In this document: positions 12,563 to 26,945 of the stretch, one piece after another
How positions within the stretch are numbered: the stretch's first letter is position 1
Layout of the letters: the number at the start of each line of letters is the position of its first letter
DNA from: Eledone cirrhosa
Lineage: Eukaryota
Reading direction: 5' to 3'
Assembly (NCBI GenBank): GCA_964016885.1
Contig: OZ024750.1
Span: 15,004,001-15,068,000, forward strand
DNA length: 64,000 nt
Translations under genes and position numbers: made by a program
The notes under the pieces: model-generated
The model's input: the letters and a program-made list of their open reading frames with translations, nothing else
Told to the model about the DNA's origin: nothing
The model's database searches: none

Positions 12563-13562
12563 TATAAAGAGAGAGAGAGAGAGAGAGTGTGTGTCTGTAT
12601 GTTTGTAGGTATGTGCTTCTGTATATATATATATATATACATCCCATGCACATTTGCACATATATATATATATTATACTATACTATATTATATTGTAGCT
12701 AAGTAACTTTGCCTAGTTTTTAGCTGAATGGCATGTATGCAATGGTACATCAATAGACGTATATTTCTAATGCTAATCCAATTTCCCTGAAACTTCCGAC
12801 TCATCTTATGGTTTACATGGCTGACATAAATAATGTACTATTTCTTTATTGACGTTTATTAGCTATATTTTACATTTGTGATTATTCTTTGATATTATAG
12901 ATAATGGATTTTAAGGTCTTCTTCAAAGATAATAATATAGACGTTTTCAGGTTCTGTATTACCCAGTGGGGAATTTTTCTTTCGCCTCATTAATAATAAT
13001 TTTAGTTATACATTTGCGATTAAACGAACGACGCAGTTTAAGCTTAATGGCAAATATTTTCCCAAACCTATTATTTAAATCTTACGTGGGTTATACAGAG
13101 ACTGAATTAACCTGCATTAGCATGTGTGATGACAGTTTTAAAGTAGTTATTCAAATTACAAATATCCTTTTAGGTACGAGGAATCATGTAAATAACAGTC
13201 TTATCCTGTAATGTGATACTTGAAAAAGTTTGATATCGACTGGTATATTACTCCTCTTCTCAGGAAAGCCTTCACAGTGCACTCTAGGTGTGAGTGTATT
13301 TATACTGAAGCAAGTGGACAAGTTCATGTATATCGGAGCCGTTTTCACGAGTTATGAAAGGCACAATAATATAATAAGGCCAGCACAAGGCTAGCAATTA
13401 CCCAGTACATTACTAGTACTTTATTTTATCGACTCCGTAAGGATGAAAGGCAAAGTTAAACCTAGGCGGAATGAGAAGACGTTGTATATCATTGAATCCA
13501 CCATATTTCACATGAATGAAATTTATAATATACAATTCAAAATACCATTATATATATATATA

Positions 13563-13757
13563 TAGGAACAAGTAAGACCCCGACGGCTGAGCTCAAGCCG
13601 TTTCGACGGCTAATTCTGGACGTCCAGAATTAGCCGTCGAAACGGCTTGAGCTCAGCCGTCGGGGTCTTACTTGTTCCTATTACCCACTCTACTACCCTA
13701 AGTATTGAGTACTTTGGTGCGTTATGGTCCACCTGGTTCCTTACCACATTTCCTTCG

Positions 13758-13760
<3 letters not shown>
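13563..13760 (+). mobile_element. Family A repeat with 118-bp perfect palindrome (13563-13680)
   Basis: Arms mirrored about GACGTC at 13619-13624; (TA)n on both sides. Confidence 0.9.
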
Positions 13761-13805
<45 letters not shown>

Positions 13806-13840
13806 ATAATGGGTGTGTAGGTAAGGAGTTCGCTCTGCAA

Positions 13841-13892
<52 letters not shown>

Positions 13893-14006
13893 TCACTCTT
13901 AGTACGGCTGATATTTAAATATAAGTATGTATACGTACATACATATATGTATACAGACGTACAGTAGTATGTATATACATACATGCACACACATATATAT
14001 ATATAT

Positions 14007-14390
14007 GTACGTATGGGTTCACCGAACATTTATTATAATTCTCGGTTTGTTTGTAAACAAACAGCCCGAATTATGAGCCGTACAGTGTTCGGCAACCATC
14101 GTTGCCATTTTGTTCAATTATCGCTTTCAGTACGCCCGGCCGACTAACTCACTCGATATGTAAATTAGGCTGCTCAGCCGTTAATATGCATAAGGAAAGT
14201 ATATACTTTCAAACGTTCAATTGACTGACAGGAAGGTATACGGTGCTGATGACAGCTAATAAGCTAGAAACTAGTTCATCGTTCCTTTGTCAGTGTTGAA
14301 CAAAATGGCAACTATGGTTGCCGAACACTGTACGGGCTGTTTGTTTACAAACAAACCGAGCATTATAATAAATGTTCGGTAAACCCATAC

Positions 14391-14394
<4 letters not shown>
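14007..14394 (+). mobile_element. Hammerhead-bearing repeat with inverted copy of its 3' end (family J), in (TA)n
   Basis: Inverted arms 14007-14117 and 14296-14394 surround a hammerhead. Confidence 0.75.
14224..14294 (+). ncRNA. Minimal hammerhead with palindromic stem III ACUAGU
   Basis: ACGGTG-CTGATGA-cAGCT-aata-AGCTa-GAAA-CTAG-TT-CATCGT; stem I extends through GGAA/TTCC and ACTGACA/TGTCAGT. Confidence 0.87.
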
Positions 14395-14447
<53 letters not shown>

Positions 14448-14489
14448 CATGTATGTATATATATACATATATGTATGTACGTATACATA

Positions 14490-14549
<60 letters not shown>

Positions 14550-14949
14550 TACATACATATTCACATATTTTTCGTGCAGCTGCTTATCTGTTCTTTGAAT
14601 GGTTTCGTGTTTATTTCGAAGATGTTTAATTCTGGCTGTTTTGTCGAGAAATATTAAGCAACCATTTCCTGTTGTTTAATACCCAGTTAATTCCTCTTTT
14701 AGATAAAACTAAGTCAGATGATGTGAGGGATACAAGAATCAGTTCAGTCTTCCTTTTGAGACTTACAAGTTCACTTACAAAATATCTGTTCTGGCAGTGA
14801 TAAATTTTTTACGCTACACCGAATAGCTAAAAATCTCTCATAGCTTTCTTCACTGTCTTTCACGATAACTTCCTTCGGATTGTTTTATGCACTAATATTA
14901 CACGAGTATACAAAACACACTTTCTTACATACATACATACAAACGTACA

Positions 14950-15240
14950 TGATGGCTGCCCCCTCGTTATCGAGTATGGCCATTGCACGATATACCATTA
15001 TTAATAATAATTAATTAATTCTATCGTGCAATGCCTGTGCGTGAAGATACTTTTTTAAAGTGAGGAAAAACTGTGCACTGAGCCAATCCCACTCTCTGAG
15101 CGACAGTAGCTATAACCCGAAAAGAAGAAAAGATCAACATCATCGGTAACTACTGAGCCACAGGTTTTATATCGGAGTTATACCAGTTTCCCGAGTTACC
15201 TTCTCCTAGAAGAATGCCCTGACAAAGGCTAGGGGTCCTT
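14950..15240 (-). mobile_element. SINE or LINE remnant with RTE-type 3' stem-loop tail
   Basis: Reverse complement ends GGCCATACTCGATAACGAGGGGGCAGCC followed by (TGTA)n-like sequence. Confidence 0.45.
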
Positions 15241-15270
15241 ACATACATATACACATACATACATAAAACA

Positions 15271-15301
<31 letters not shown>

Positions 15302-15539
15302 GTACATACATATATACATACATACACAAAAACACGTGTGCCATTGAACCGTTACGCGAACAAATGCTTCTTAATATTAGGACTACGTGACAAGCTTATA
15401 ATACCACTAGAAAGAGCAGCCAAACGACCGTCTGACACAGCTCAACAAATCATATATATATATATATTTTTTTTCAGAAGATCCCGTTAAGGGTGAAAGC
15501 AGCGATTCTTTGCTTAAAGTTTTTAATCTGTTCTCATAA

Positions 15540-15600
<61 letters not shown>

Positions 15601-16399
15601 ACTTCTATAGGAAATCACCAGGAATGCTTTCCTACTATGTATTGAGTACCTTACTTACTGTGGTTACCCCGATTGACCCCAACACACACACACACATATA
15701 TTTGTATGTGTGTGTATACGTGAGTCTATCTGTGTATGTATAATTGTATAATGTATATATGTATGTAAAAAGACTTGGTTGGCTTACGAAGCACGGGAAA
15801 TTTGATAAGTATAATATTTGTTAACAACAGATAATTGTTCAATAAATCGGGTAAAGTAACCCTGGGGGTGGGAAAAGCGGAATTGAATCCCGCATATACC
15901 ATTAGTTATTGTATTTTTAGAAGATTTAAGTGTAAAGAAGATTTGGTTGACTTACGAGGCAAAGGAACATTTGAAATTCGAAATTTGAAAATATAATCAC
16001 TACAATACTTCATCCAATTTACTTCATCCAATTTACTTAACTTTTATTGACTTAATCAGTCTGACTGTATATTTTCAATCTTCTAATTATTATGAAAATA
16101 TATCTGCAAAGTATAGGCGCCCGTATAACCTCTTCTAATAGACTCGACATTATTTATAAATCACTATATTTAGACGATATAGGAAAAGTGTCGTAGAGCA
16201 ACTTAAAGTGTAATTTATCAATACTTCAATTCTGAAGAGAATTTGTAAATGGTTGAGTTAATAGGTTACCAGACATCCAGATATCAGCAGCTTGCATATT
16301 CTTATGCGCCCGCACTGCAAATATTCCCAAGACAGAGTTACTCTTAACAGCCAAACCCAGCTATCCATAAATACGTACTACAGCTATAGAAGTCATTTT

Positions 16400-16467
<68 letters not shown>

Positions 16468-17789
16468 CTGTAATCTCATCTACTCATTGAGCTCATCATA
16501 GCCAATATGTATGCAACTATTTCATTCCAATTCACATATACAGCTAAACATTTGAGGGGCGCGAGTAAGCGTGCATAACCGTGATTTCCTTAACGAGAGG
16601 GGAATAGAAAAAAGTTGATGATATATGATACATACTTCTGATAGCAGAATATAAATTAATTTGCTATATATATCGCATTAGAAAACGTGCGTGTGTATAT
16701 ATATGATAAATACACTATTATTTGCGCAATAATATTAAAATTATAATTATGTCGTTTTTATTTGTTTTTATATATATATTATATCTATTTATTTTGTTAT
16801 TGTTGGTAGTTCTTCTCTTTAATTTAGAAGTTCGGGCTACTTACTGAAGCGACAAAACAACAGAATGAGAAAACTGATGAAGACAGCTAAATGAGAATAA
16901 AGCAGTAATGCAAAACAAAAATAATTCCAAATTCCAAAGTAAAATATAAAGAATTTAGATGACGCAGACAAAGGAAAACAAAAGAAAAGATAGATGGAAA
17001 GAGGTTAGAGAAAGAGAAAGAGAGAGTGAGAGAGTGAATGAGAGAGATAGTCAGTGAGTGAGTGAAAGGGAGTGAGTGAGAGAAAGAGAGAGTGAGTGAG
17101 AGAGAGTGAGAGAGAGTGAGTGAGTGAAAGAGAGAGTGAGAGCGTGAGAGAGAGAGAGTGGGAGAGTGCGAGAGAGAGAGTGAGAGAGTGAGAGAGAGAG
17201 AGTGACAGAGAGAGAGAGAGGGAGTGATAGAGAGGGAGAGAGAGAGAGAGAGAGAAGCAGGAGATTCTTAAATTGATTTATATTCATAACAATAGTTACC
17301 CCCCCCCCCCCCCCCCCCAACCCACCCACCCAAAAAAGATGTGTTATTAAAAATAACTGAGATAAAAATATACGCTATGAGTAAAGAAAGCGGAAGAAAA
17401 AATTAAATTAATTTGTGCGAGTCTGGATAATTAAAACAGAAAGAGTAAATATAGAGGATAAAGGAGAAGGTGAATTATGTATATAAAGAGAACGAGGAAA
17501 AGAGTAAATAAAGAAGGAAGAAACTAATTGATGCTAGAATTTTTTTTTTAATGTATTTATGTCAAGACGAGTATAACGCGTTGAGATAGATAGGAAACCT
17601 TTGCCAAATTTAGCGAAGCTATATTTAGTTTAAGAGTGCGAAAGAGTGGAATTATGAGAAAAAGACGTAGAAGTTATTGAAGATATTGCAACCTTACCGA
17701 AAAAATAACATTTATCATGAAAGTTGAAGAAAAACTAGTCCAAAACATCGAGAAAAATACTGATTATGCTTAATATACATTTTTCAAAT

Positions 17790-18050
17790 CATATTCATAA
17801 GTCTGACTCCCACATTAAATGTTTTCGATTTAACACCATTTATCCAAACACAAATACTCGGGCATTCATATAGAGGCATCAGGGCAGCAAGAAGCTGACC
17901 ATCAATTCCATACTCCTGCAGAACCTTCCACAGCAGGTTCAGAAAAACGGGGTCATATACCTTTTCGAGATCTACAAAACAAGAATATACCTCTTGGTAA
18001 TACTCCCACGATTTCTCGAAGACCTGCTGCAAGGTATATACTGTGTCAAC
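17790..18050 (-). mobile_element. RTE-clade RT fragment
   Basis: YTLQQVFEKSWEY..VYSCFVDLEKVYD..LWKVLQEYGIDG..LY..V.INGVKSKTFNVGV. Confidence 0.9.
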
Positions 18051-18139
18051 ATTTCTTTTACTTTTAAAAATCTGAAATATATCTAGAACGAGTTCATTCA
18101 ATGACATATATTAACTGCAACGACAAATTACAAAGATAT

Positions 18140-18336
18140 ACAGACCTGTCAACTCTCCCCGACCGATGGGGAGATCTCCCATCCACTTTGGGGTGGGTGA
18201 GAGATGTCTTCTCTTGTAAAAATGGGTATAGCTTTCATTATGTAAAATCTCCCCATTTTGCCTCATTTCTTTCCTTTTTTGGGCACATTTGTTCATGGTA
18301 CTCCCCGCTTGGGGTTTTAGAGGTTGGCAGGAATCC
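18140..18336. mobile_element. Possible non-autonomous DNA transposon remnant
   Basis: Imperfect terminal inverted repeats CCTGTCAACTCT / AGAGGTTGGCAGG. Confidence 0.35.
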
Positions 18337-19549
18337 CTGAGAATCTAATTTGTCACCCACCACTCGGTTCAGGGGAAGATTATCACTTCACTATATTGAT
18401 ATTAAAATTTATTCTTTATATACAGTGAATTGGTTTGATGAAAAACGTTTCAGTGTAAAGATGATGAAAAGAAAACGCTTCCAGGATGTAAATCTATCTA
18501 GTGTTTGCTTTTCATTTATCTCACAGTATGAAACTTGAATATTAGCAAGCCATCTGATAAATATTAGGAAATATATCAACCGAAACTTGCAAAAAAAAAA
18601 AAGAAAAAAAATTACTAGAGAAAAAAACTAAAAGGAAGTAATTAAAAAATAGCAAATATTTGAGAATTTTGCGCCCACAGACAAAATGTAGATTACAAGA
18701 CATTTGATTGATATTCAATACCTGTGAAATCATAATAGCTTTTGGTGAAGTCATAATGATAAAGATAATTTGATTTCATCAGTAACATGTTTAAATAGAA
18801 ATGAAATCTTTGAAATAAAAAAGCAAATATCAATATAGATAATATAAAAACAACGAATAAATGTGTTTCTCGTGGCTGCAAAGAGAAACTTCTATATAGT
18901 TCACATTACTATATCAATGTTGATACAATTTGAAGATATCCAAAAGCTTAAAATAGAAAATGTTACACGTTATTATTAGATGACGTTAAAGACTTCATTC
19001 GACGAAATAAGAATTAAAAGCATCACGGTAGTAGTCCGTGTTTGAGATGTTTATACTGATATTTATCGAAGAATAAATATGTCACCTTTCTCTCATTCAC
19101 AGGTTTTCCTGGATACTGTTTTGAATTATTTATAAAATCTATTGGTAATACGAAGTGAACAATACATGATAAGAATATCATCCAGTAAAACTTTTAAATT
19201 TACATAAATATTCCTACATTTTGAAACAAAATATTTTTGAACTGGTCGATGAATTGGCAGAGTCGTTAGAACAAAGGATAGATTGCTTGTAGCATACGTT
19301 CCGGCTCCCTGCACTTTGAGTTCAAATACCTCCGAAGTTACCTACACTTTTCCTTCTTTCGACATCGATAAATTTAGTAGCCATTGATTTCCGTGGTCAA
19401 TATTCCTTTCATATCTCTTTCTCTCTCAACTTTATACCCACTTTCTCTGAAAGAAAATGACTCTTCAGACCTAGAGAAGGATAGGCTACACCAAGTATAA
19501 ATAGATTTAAAATACGCCGCATGTCACCACGATGTAAGTCTATAGAAAC

Positions 19550-20012
19550 ATAATGGTTTCTAATTTAGGCACGAGGCCAAAAATTTTGATGATGGGGAAA
19601 GTCACTTAAATCGATCCCAGTGCGTTACTGGTACTTGGTACTTTATTTTAACAACCCCGTAAGGAAGAAAGGCAAAGCTAACCTCGGTGGGATTTGAACT
19701 CACAACCCAAAAGGTCATAATTCTATGCCACAAAGCATGTTGTCCGACGCTCTACCGATACTGTCAATCCACTGCCCTATTCGAGAGAAACATAATGGTT
19801 TCTTATATAGGCACAAGGCCAGCAATTTTGGGGGAGGGGAAAATCGATTAAATCGCCCCAGTGTGTGATTGGTACTTTATTTTATCGAACCTCTTAAGGA
19901 TGAAAGGCAAAGTTGACCTTGGTGAGATTTGAACGCAGATTATAAAGGGCCGTAGCTCTATACTGCAAAGCATGGCGTCCGACCCTCTACCGATACTGCC
20001 AATCCACTGCCA
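19550..20012 (-). mobile_element. Two tandem tRNA-derived SINE copies (Meta-domain-like central region)
   Basis: B-box GTTCAAATCC and central GCCTTTCATCCTTNNGGGGTCGATAAAATAAAGTACCAG on the minus strand. Confidence 0.85.
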
Positions 20013-21426
20013 TATTCGACAGAAACATAATAACAAGGCATCTGTATGCAATAATAATGGTTTTTAGTATAGAAATTGTATAGGTATTGGTCAACTAATG
20101 ACCTTATTAATTGACTAATACGCTATTTTCTAGAGCCCCTGAAGGATACAAAAAATAAGGTCTACCTCAGTGGAGTTTGAAATATTTGTATGCAATACTA
20201 AAGATCTCTTCGTGCGTGATAACATATTTTGGAACGGGAGTATAATAAATGTTTTTTACCTCAACACTGCAGTAATTATTAAATATGTATTATTCGGCGC
20301 TTTATAGATACTGCTATACACACCTTTTAGTTTGTAATAAATACAAGGGATTATGTATGTAGAAAATGGTAACGCGCATAATGATAAACATAATAAATGT
20401 ACAATTGCAGATAATATCCTTGGAATGGGGTATTTTAATGGATATTGATGATCGGAGGGAATGTCAACTACACATTTTAGTATGTGAAGATTGCCTTCAG
20501 TGTTTAAGATTTCCAACTACAAAATTTGAATTGCTGACTTATCGATACAAATCTTTGAGCTATCTATAAAAATTGAGATAGTGTATGAACAGTATAAAGT
20601 TTTCATCGGAAAAAAGAACTGCAGTGGAAACTACGAAAAAAAAAAAACAGGTTCTTCCGAACCCATCCAATAAACCTCGAGATATATAGAAACTAATATC
20701 TATATTACATTGCAAGTCGTATATCACTTAAATTGTTCTGCATGTTTATAACACATGCTGATTAAATAGTTGGAAACATTGGAGACTTAAAGAAGCACAT
20801 AACACATCTAATATCTTACTTCACAGCACTGTCATTAGAAAACAAATACAAGATTCTATTATACTCAATACCATAAACTTACCGTAAACATATTACACAA
20901 ATATTAGTAATTGCATGCACAATATCCACAGCATTTCCCTCACATACAGAAGATATAGTAAAGAAACCTAATTGATTCATTATGTATTATTTCGCGCTGC
21001 ATAGGCCCCCAACCTTCCTATTAGAAATCGCAATAAACTACAATGAACACGAAACAGCGCAATCTACTAAACCACATGCTGCTCACAAAGCTTATCGTTA
21101 GAAAAGCATCATAGCGAAGCAAAGAGACTGAAATGAAAACACACCTGATCATGCGAGGATCACAGCTTGCAGCCCTTACAGTCTTTGCTACTACAAATAA
21201 AATGACCACAAGCACCAGAATAGATATTAAATTCTAGAACATTGTCATTACACTATCCTTAAAAGCTTATTCATACATAATAAATGCATTGAAACTGCAA
21301 GCTGTCACGCTCTGATCGGGTCTAGTTTGTCCACCTTTAGCCTGATCACCAGGTGTACAGAAATAGGTTGTGAGCATTTAATTATACTATTTAGGATTGA
21401 TCACTGTATGATGGAGTGTATAGTGC

Positions 21427-21543
<117 letters not shown>

Positions 21544-21688
21544 CTCTTTTACCTGTTTCAGCCATCCGGCTGAGGCCATGCTGGGGCACCGCCCTTGTAT
21601 ATATAACGATATATATAACGATATATATACACACATATATGTAATATATATATATATTTATATACATACATATACATATATACATACA

Positions 21689-21736
<48 letters not shown>

Positions 21737-22138
21737 AGACAGTAAGGTGTGATTTGAAAGAAATATTGAACTGCTTTTACGAGCAGATACTTTTGCAAGC
21801 TAGAAGTCTGTCTCGTTGCGTCACACATACATACGTACATAAACACATACATACATAGACACAATACAATAGAATTCTGTACACCCAATATTGAACAACG
21901 CTCAAAACACCAATGAATAGATTCAAGTTAAAGAGAACGCTAAATGAAATAAATTGAAAGAAAAATAGTTTAGATTATTTGATAGCAATATGTAAATATA
22001 CAAAAATTGAAACCTAACACAATGCTTCTTTTATATATCAAAATAAATGTTATACAAGTTGTAAGATGTTGAATAACAATATATGTTTTTGCAGTGTCCG
22101 TTTTGTAGTTTCTGAATACAATACAAACGCACACTGAC

Positions 22139-22194
<56 letters not shown>

Positions 22195-22242
22195 TACTCA
22201 TTCTCCTCCACTCCTCCCTATATACATGCACACATGCACGCA

Positions 22243-22274
<32 letters not shown>

Positions 22275-22300
22275 CATACATACATATATATAAATATATA

Positions 22301-22423
22301 TAACGAAGGAAATGAGGTAAGGAACCAGATGGACCATAACGCACCAAAGTACTCAATACTTAGGGTAGTAGAGTGGGTAATAGGAACAAGTATGACCCCG
22401 ACAGCAGAGCTCAAGCCGTTTCG
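22301..22423 (-). mobile_element. Family A repeat, single arm truncated just 5' of GAAA
   Basis: Homology to 13625-13760; (TA)n on both sides. Confidence 0.85.
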
Positions 22424-22543
<120 letters not shown>

Positions 22544-22818
22544 GTATGTATATATATATATATATACAAAACCTCACATATACACTTTTATATGATAGTT
22601 TTACTTATATTGCAAACTTATTGATTCGTATTGTAAACTATAGTCTCATTTTATTCGGATATTTCATTACTTTCTATCACTTCCTGTAACCAACGTCCGG
22701 GCAACTAGGCACAGTTATATATATATATATATGTATGTAAAAGGTAAACAGAACCAAAAGCAACACAGTATATGGAAGGAAATGTATTAGGTTAACGCTT
22801 GAAATGGCAGGAAAAGGG

Positions 22819-22854
22819 TCTTAACGTTTCGGACGCTAGTCCTTCATCGGAAGA
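22819..22854 (-). ncRNA. Minimal hammerhead with CCGAUGA core (family F; decayed second copy about 23010-23045)
   Basis: TCTT-CCGATGA-a-GGAC-tagc-GTCC-GAAA-CG-TT-AAGA. Confidence 0.75.
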
Positions 22855-23331
22855 AAGAATGAGAAATAAGATAGATTGAAGGGACAGGCGGGTTGGAATT
22901 GGAAAAAAATGTCTTTAGATAAAAATAACAGGTTCATTCATGTTGACAACAAACAGCACAGTACACGGAAGAAATATATTAGTTTAACGCTTTAAATAGC
23001 AGAAAGAAAGTCTTAACGTTTCGGACACTAGTTCTTCAACAGGATATAGAATTAGAAATAGAAGATAAATAGAAAGTAAAGAGTGAAGAGAGGAAGGAAT
23101 GGGGGAAAATAAGAAAAAAATGGGGAGAAAAAAAACACACGTGCGTATTCAGCCGACCATCTTGATACACACACACACACGCACAACCCCCTCCCCCCAC
23201 ATATATATATAAATATGGAAAAAGTACGACAAAGAAAAACGAAACTAAGGAATGAAAGAAAGACGCTTGGAAATATTGAATAACTTCTGACTGCTTAGCT
23301 GACCGGATGTTGGTTAGTGGAAGTAACATAT

Positions 23332-24680
23332 AATAATTGCTTCTACTTTTGGCACAAGGCTAGTAATTATCCCAGTGCATTACTGGTACATTATTTTACT
23401 TTGTTATAGATTTACTCAACAGTAAAATGATCCTTTTAAAAATAATTCTGAAATATTTGAAATTATAATTAATAATGGCGTCTGATTTAGGTACAAGGCC
23501 AGTAATTTTTGGGGAGGGGAAAGTCGATTAGATCGAGCCTAGTACGTTACTGGTGCTTTATTTTATCGACCCCATAAAGATGAAAGGCAAAGTTAACCTC
23601 GGCGGGATTTGAACTCAGACCGTAAAGGGGTGTAAATCTATGCTGCAGAGCATGGCTTCCGACCCTCTACCGATACTACCAATCCACCACCCTGAAGTAT
23701 CATATAATAATGAAATATCCGAATAAAATAAGACTATAGTTTCCAATGTCAGTAAACGAATACGAATCAATATAAATTAAACTATCTTATAAAAGCTAGA
23801 AAGATCCCAGCATAGAAGTCAGATATGAGTAAATGAAACAATTATAGTTGCTTGGTCTACGGTACTTATAACATTTTTGTTTGCTATTCCGTAACTCCTA
23901 ATGGCGTCGTAGAGGCACTGGAGTATCATATGGCATTTCTTGGACATTTTAAAGCTTGGTGGAACCCACCTCTCTCCAGGTCTGAACACAGCAGATGTCC
24001 TATGGAGAAGGATAGAAAGTGAAGGACAGAAAGTCACGTAACTCCTGATAGAGTCTTAGGCGCGCTGTATTGACATACGGCGATCCTTGGGCATTTTAAA
24101 AACCTGGTGGAACTCATCCCTCTCCAGCCTGAGTATAGCAGATTTCTTCCAGAGAAAGAGAGAAAGAAGAAATGAGAGATATAGAGAAAGAAATCGACAC
24201 CATTACTAGACTGGTATTTTTTTTTTATCGACCTCGAGAGTAGAAAGCCAAAATGAATACCGCAAAGTATTCTATCCGGCGTTCTAGCGACTCTGCCAAT
24301 TCGCTGCCTTCAGTTATTACATTAATCAAACCTTTAATTCATTTAATAAAATCTTTAGCAGCGGCTTTCCAATTACTCAAGATATTTACTGAAAATAATT
24401 AACTAGTCAAATCGATAGAAATTCGCTAGATGTGACTATTTGAAAGAATATCATTTAACGTTTCTATGCTACATCGATTTCTAATTTTAGGTACAAGGCC
24501 AGCAAATTTCGGGGAAGGGTGAAGTTGATTAAATTAACCCCAGTATTTGACTGGTACTTTATACCCACCTCCCAACAGAATAATGGAAGGCCAAGTTGAC
24601 CTCAGCGGAATATGTTAAGTCAGAACAAATACCACAATGAGATTTTATCCGCGGCTCTACCAATTCTGCCAATTCACCCA
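23332..24680 (-). mobile_element. Cluster of SINE copies and fragments (best copy 23473-23692)
   Basis: Same SINE consensus as 19550-20012; an older duplicated repeat lies at 23895-24160. Confidence 0.75.
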
Positions 24681-26659
24681 TTTGCTCATAATAGTGAGAG
24701 ATGGGGAGAGCGGGAGAGACGGAGGCAGTGACAGTGGGAGTTTGGTTCCTTTGTGTTCAGACCTGAACTCATCATGAAAAACCATTAAAATTAGACTAGA
24801 TGATTAGACATGTATTTCAGATGTCATTATTTTAAACGAACATGTTGGCTATCGTAACTAATTAATACTCACATAATATAATTTTCAACATAATATAATT
24901 AGCTCTAAAATAGCCAAGAAATAGGGAATTTCAGGCAAATTCCCAAGGAAAAATGTGATTTGTGCACACAACTATGTTTAACAAAGAATCGAGTTGTTGT
25001 CATTCAGTGAACAAAGATTGTTGTCTTGTAAAGCTATTCACTATTCTGATAGTGACAGTCAAGATTTGGATGTAAAATCCAAGGTGATAAGTGATGTATG
25101 TCACAAAAGCACATCAGATGCATATAGATTTACTTACTTTAAATTCCAACAGTTTATCGAAGTACAAATGCCAGAAAAAATTACGTGAAACGAATCGGAA
25201 TTTTGTTTTTATCCCTTCAATCGTATTCCTAATGTCTATTTTAAAGATTGCTTAATAAAACTATTATGCTAAACGTATAATAAAGATAATAGTTAAACGT
25301 TTTTGACCATTAAAAAATAAGTCTCACCAGTGAAAATAAAGCACTTTATTTTCAATGGAATAAATGAATGTCATTAAAAAGCAGATATTACTCCTATGAT
25401 ACTGAATTATTGACAACATAGAAAAGTTATCAGAATATTAGACAGGTTAAATAACAAAAGAATATAGGAAATTATGATTTTACAACGCTACACAGAAACA
25501 AATATCATGAATAAACTGACATAGGAGATAAAAATTATTGTAATTTTCTCTTCTCACATGTGCGAGAATATTATAAAAATAATAATAGAGTGATGTTAGA
25601 CATAATAATCATCAATCTGAGGCAGAAAAGAGGGTCTCTCTGATGGGATCTGTTATGTTTTCTCTCAGATGTCTAGTATCATTTTGTGTGGAAAATCATT
25701 GCAGTTAATTCATTCGAAACAAAAATATAATTTTAGCCAAATATATTATGACAAATTTAAGATTGAAAATCACGTTTCAGTGAATGTAAAATGACAAAAT
25801 CTATAAATTATTCAATATATGGTATAATCTATGGTTCCGTTGGGATAAAATTATAATTTTCTATTGATAAATTTATCCTAGAAATATAATGTTGAAATTT
25901 AATGGAGAAGGAAAAAACTAATATAACATCACAAATATATTTAAATGTAGATTCATCGGAGTTCTATCAGCAATAAATGCTAGACACCAAGTAATTCATA
26001 AAAACATATCCATCGAAAAGAATTAGAATTAAATATCAGTTTATATTTAGATATAAATATCAATATTACAATACAAAAAAACAACAACTTCATAGGTTGT
26101 ATGACAAAAGAAATATTTACAATTCGTTACCTCGTGAGAAATATAATATAACAAGCAAAATATTCGACACCACAATGCACACTGAATTGGCAAAACCCTA
26201 ATGTTATTAATAATCTTAAAATGTATGCATAGTTTTATTCAGGGAATAAAATATTTTAACAAAATAAATCCCAATAAAACCATATAAACAACAAAATATT
26301 TATTGCAAAAGGAGAAACAAATTTAAAAAGTTAGAAATGTAATTTGTTTAATAGAGTAACGCAAAACAGACATGTACACACAAGTCCGCACACATTGTCA
26401 CTCTCAAACAGAAATAAGAAGAGGCATTGGATTGGTAGATTGGTAGAACATTGGATAAAATGCTATGCCTGCAGGTATTTAATTGTAAAGCCTATTACAT
26501 TCTGAGATCAAATCTCGGATGTATCAAATTTATCTCTCATCTTTTCTGGAGTACATAAAATAAAGTATATTCCAGTTCTGTTTTCTATATAATATATTTT
26601 TCCTCCAAGAAAATACGTTCACTTGTATCTATGCTAGCGTCAATGTATTACAAATAAAA

Positions 26660-26945
26660 GTTTATACGGAAACTTGCCCAAGGTAACAACTATAATTGCT
26701 CAAAGACGGTTACAATTTGCAGGACATTGCCGGAGAAGTAAGCAGGAAGTTATACACAAGCTACTATTGTGGGAACTAACTCACGAGAGACATAGTAGAG
26801 GAAGACCTGCTTGAATATTGATCGATCAACTCTCAGACGATACAAACTCAGCAAGGAACAGTTGCCAGGAGCAATGGCAAACCGAGAATTACGGAAAGAC
26901 TTTGTCAGGAATGTTTGACTTTAGTCGTAATAGTGATGATGAAGA
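26660..26945 (+). mobile_element. RTE LINE 3' fragment
   Basis: LYGNLPKVTTIIAQRRLQFAGHCRRSKQEVIHKLLLWE...SRGRPA; (GAT)n-like tail. Confidence 0.85.

Noticed and set aside
22592-23790. Short diverged inverted match 22592-22670 vs 23708-23790 as transposon TIRs
   Set aside because: Gapped, no TSD, and the interior consists of unrelated repeats
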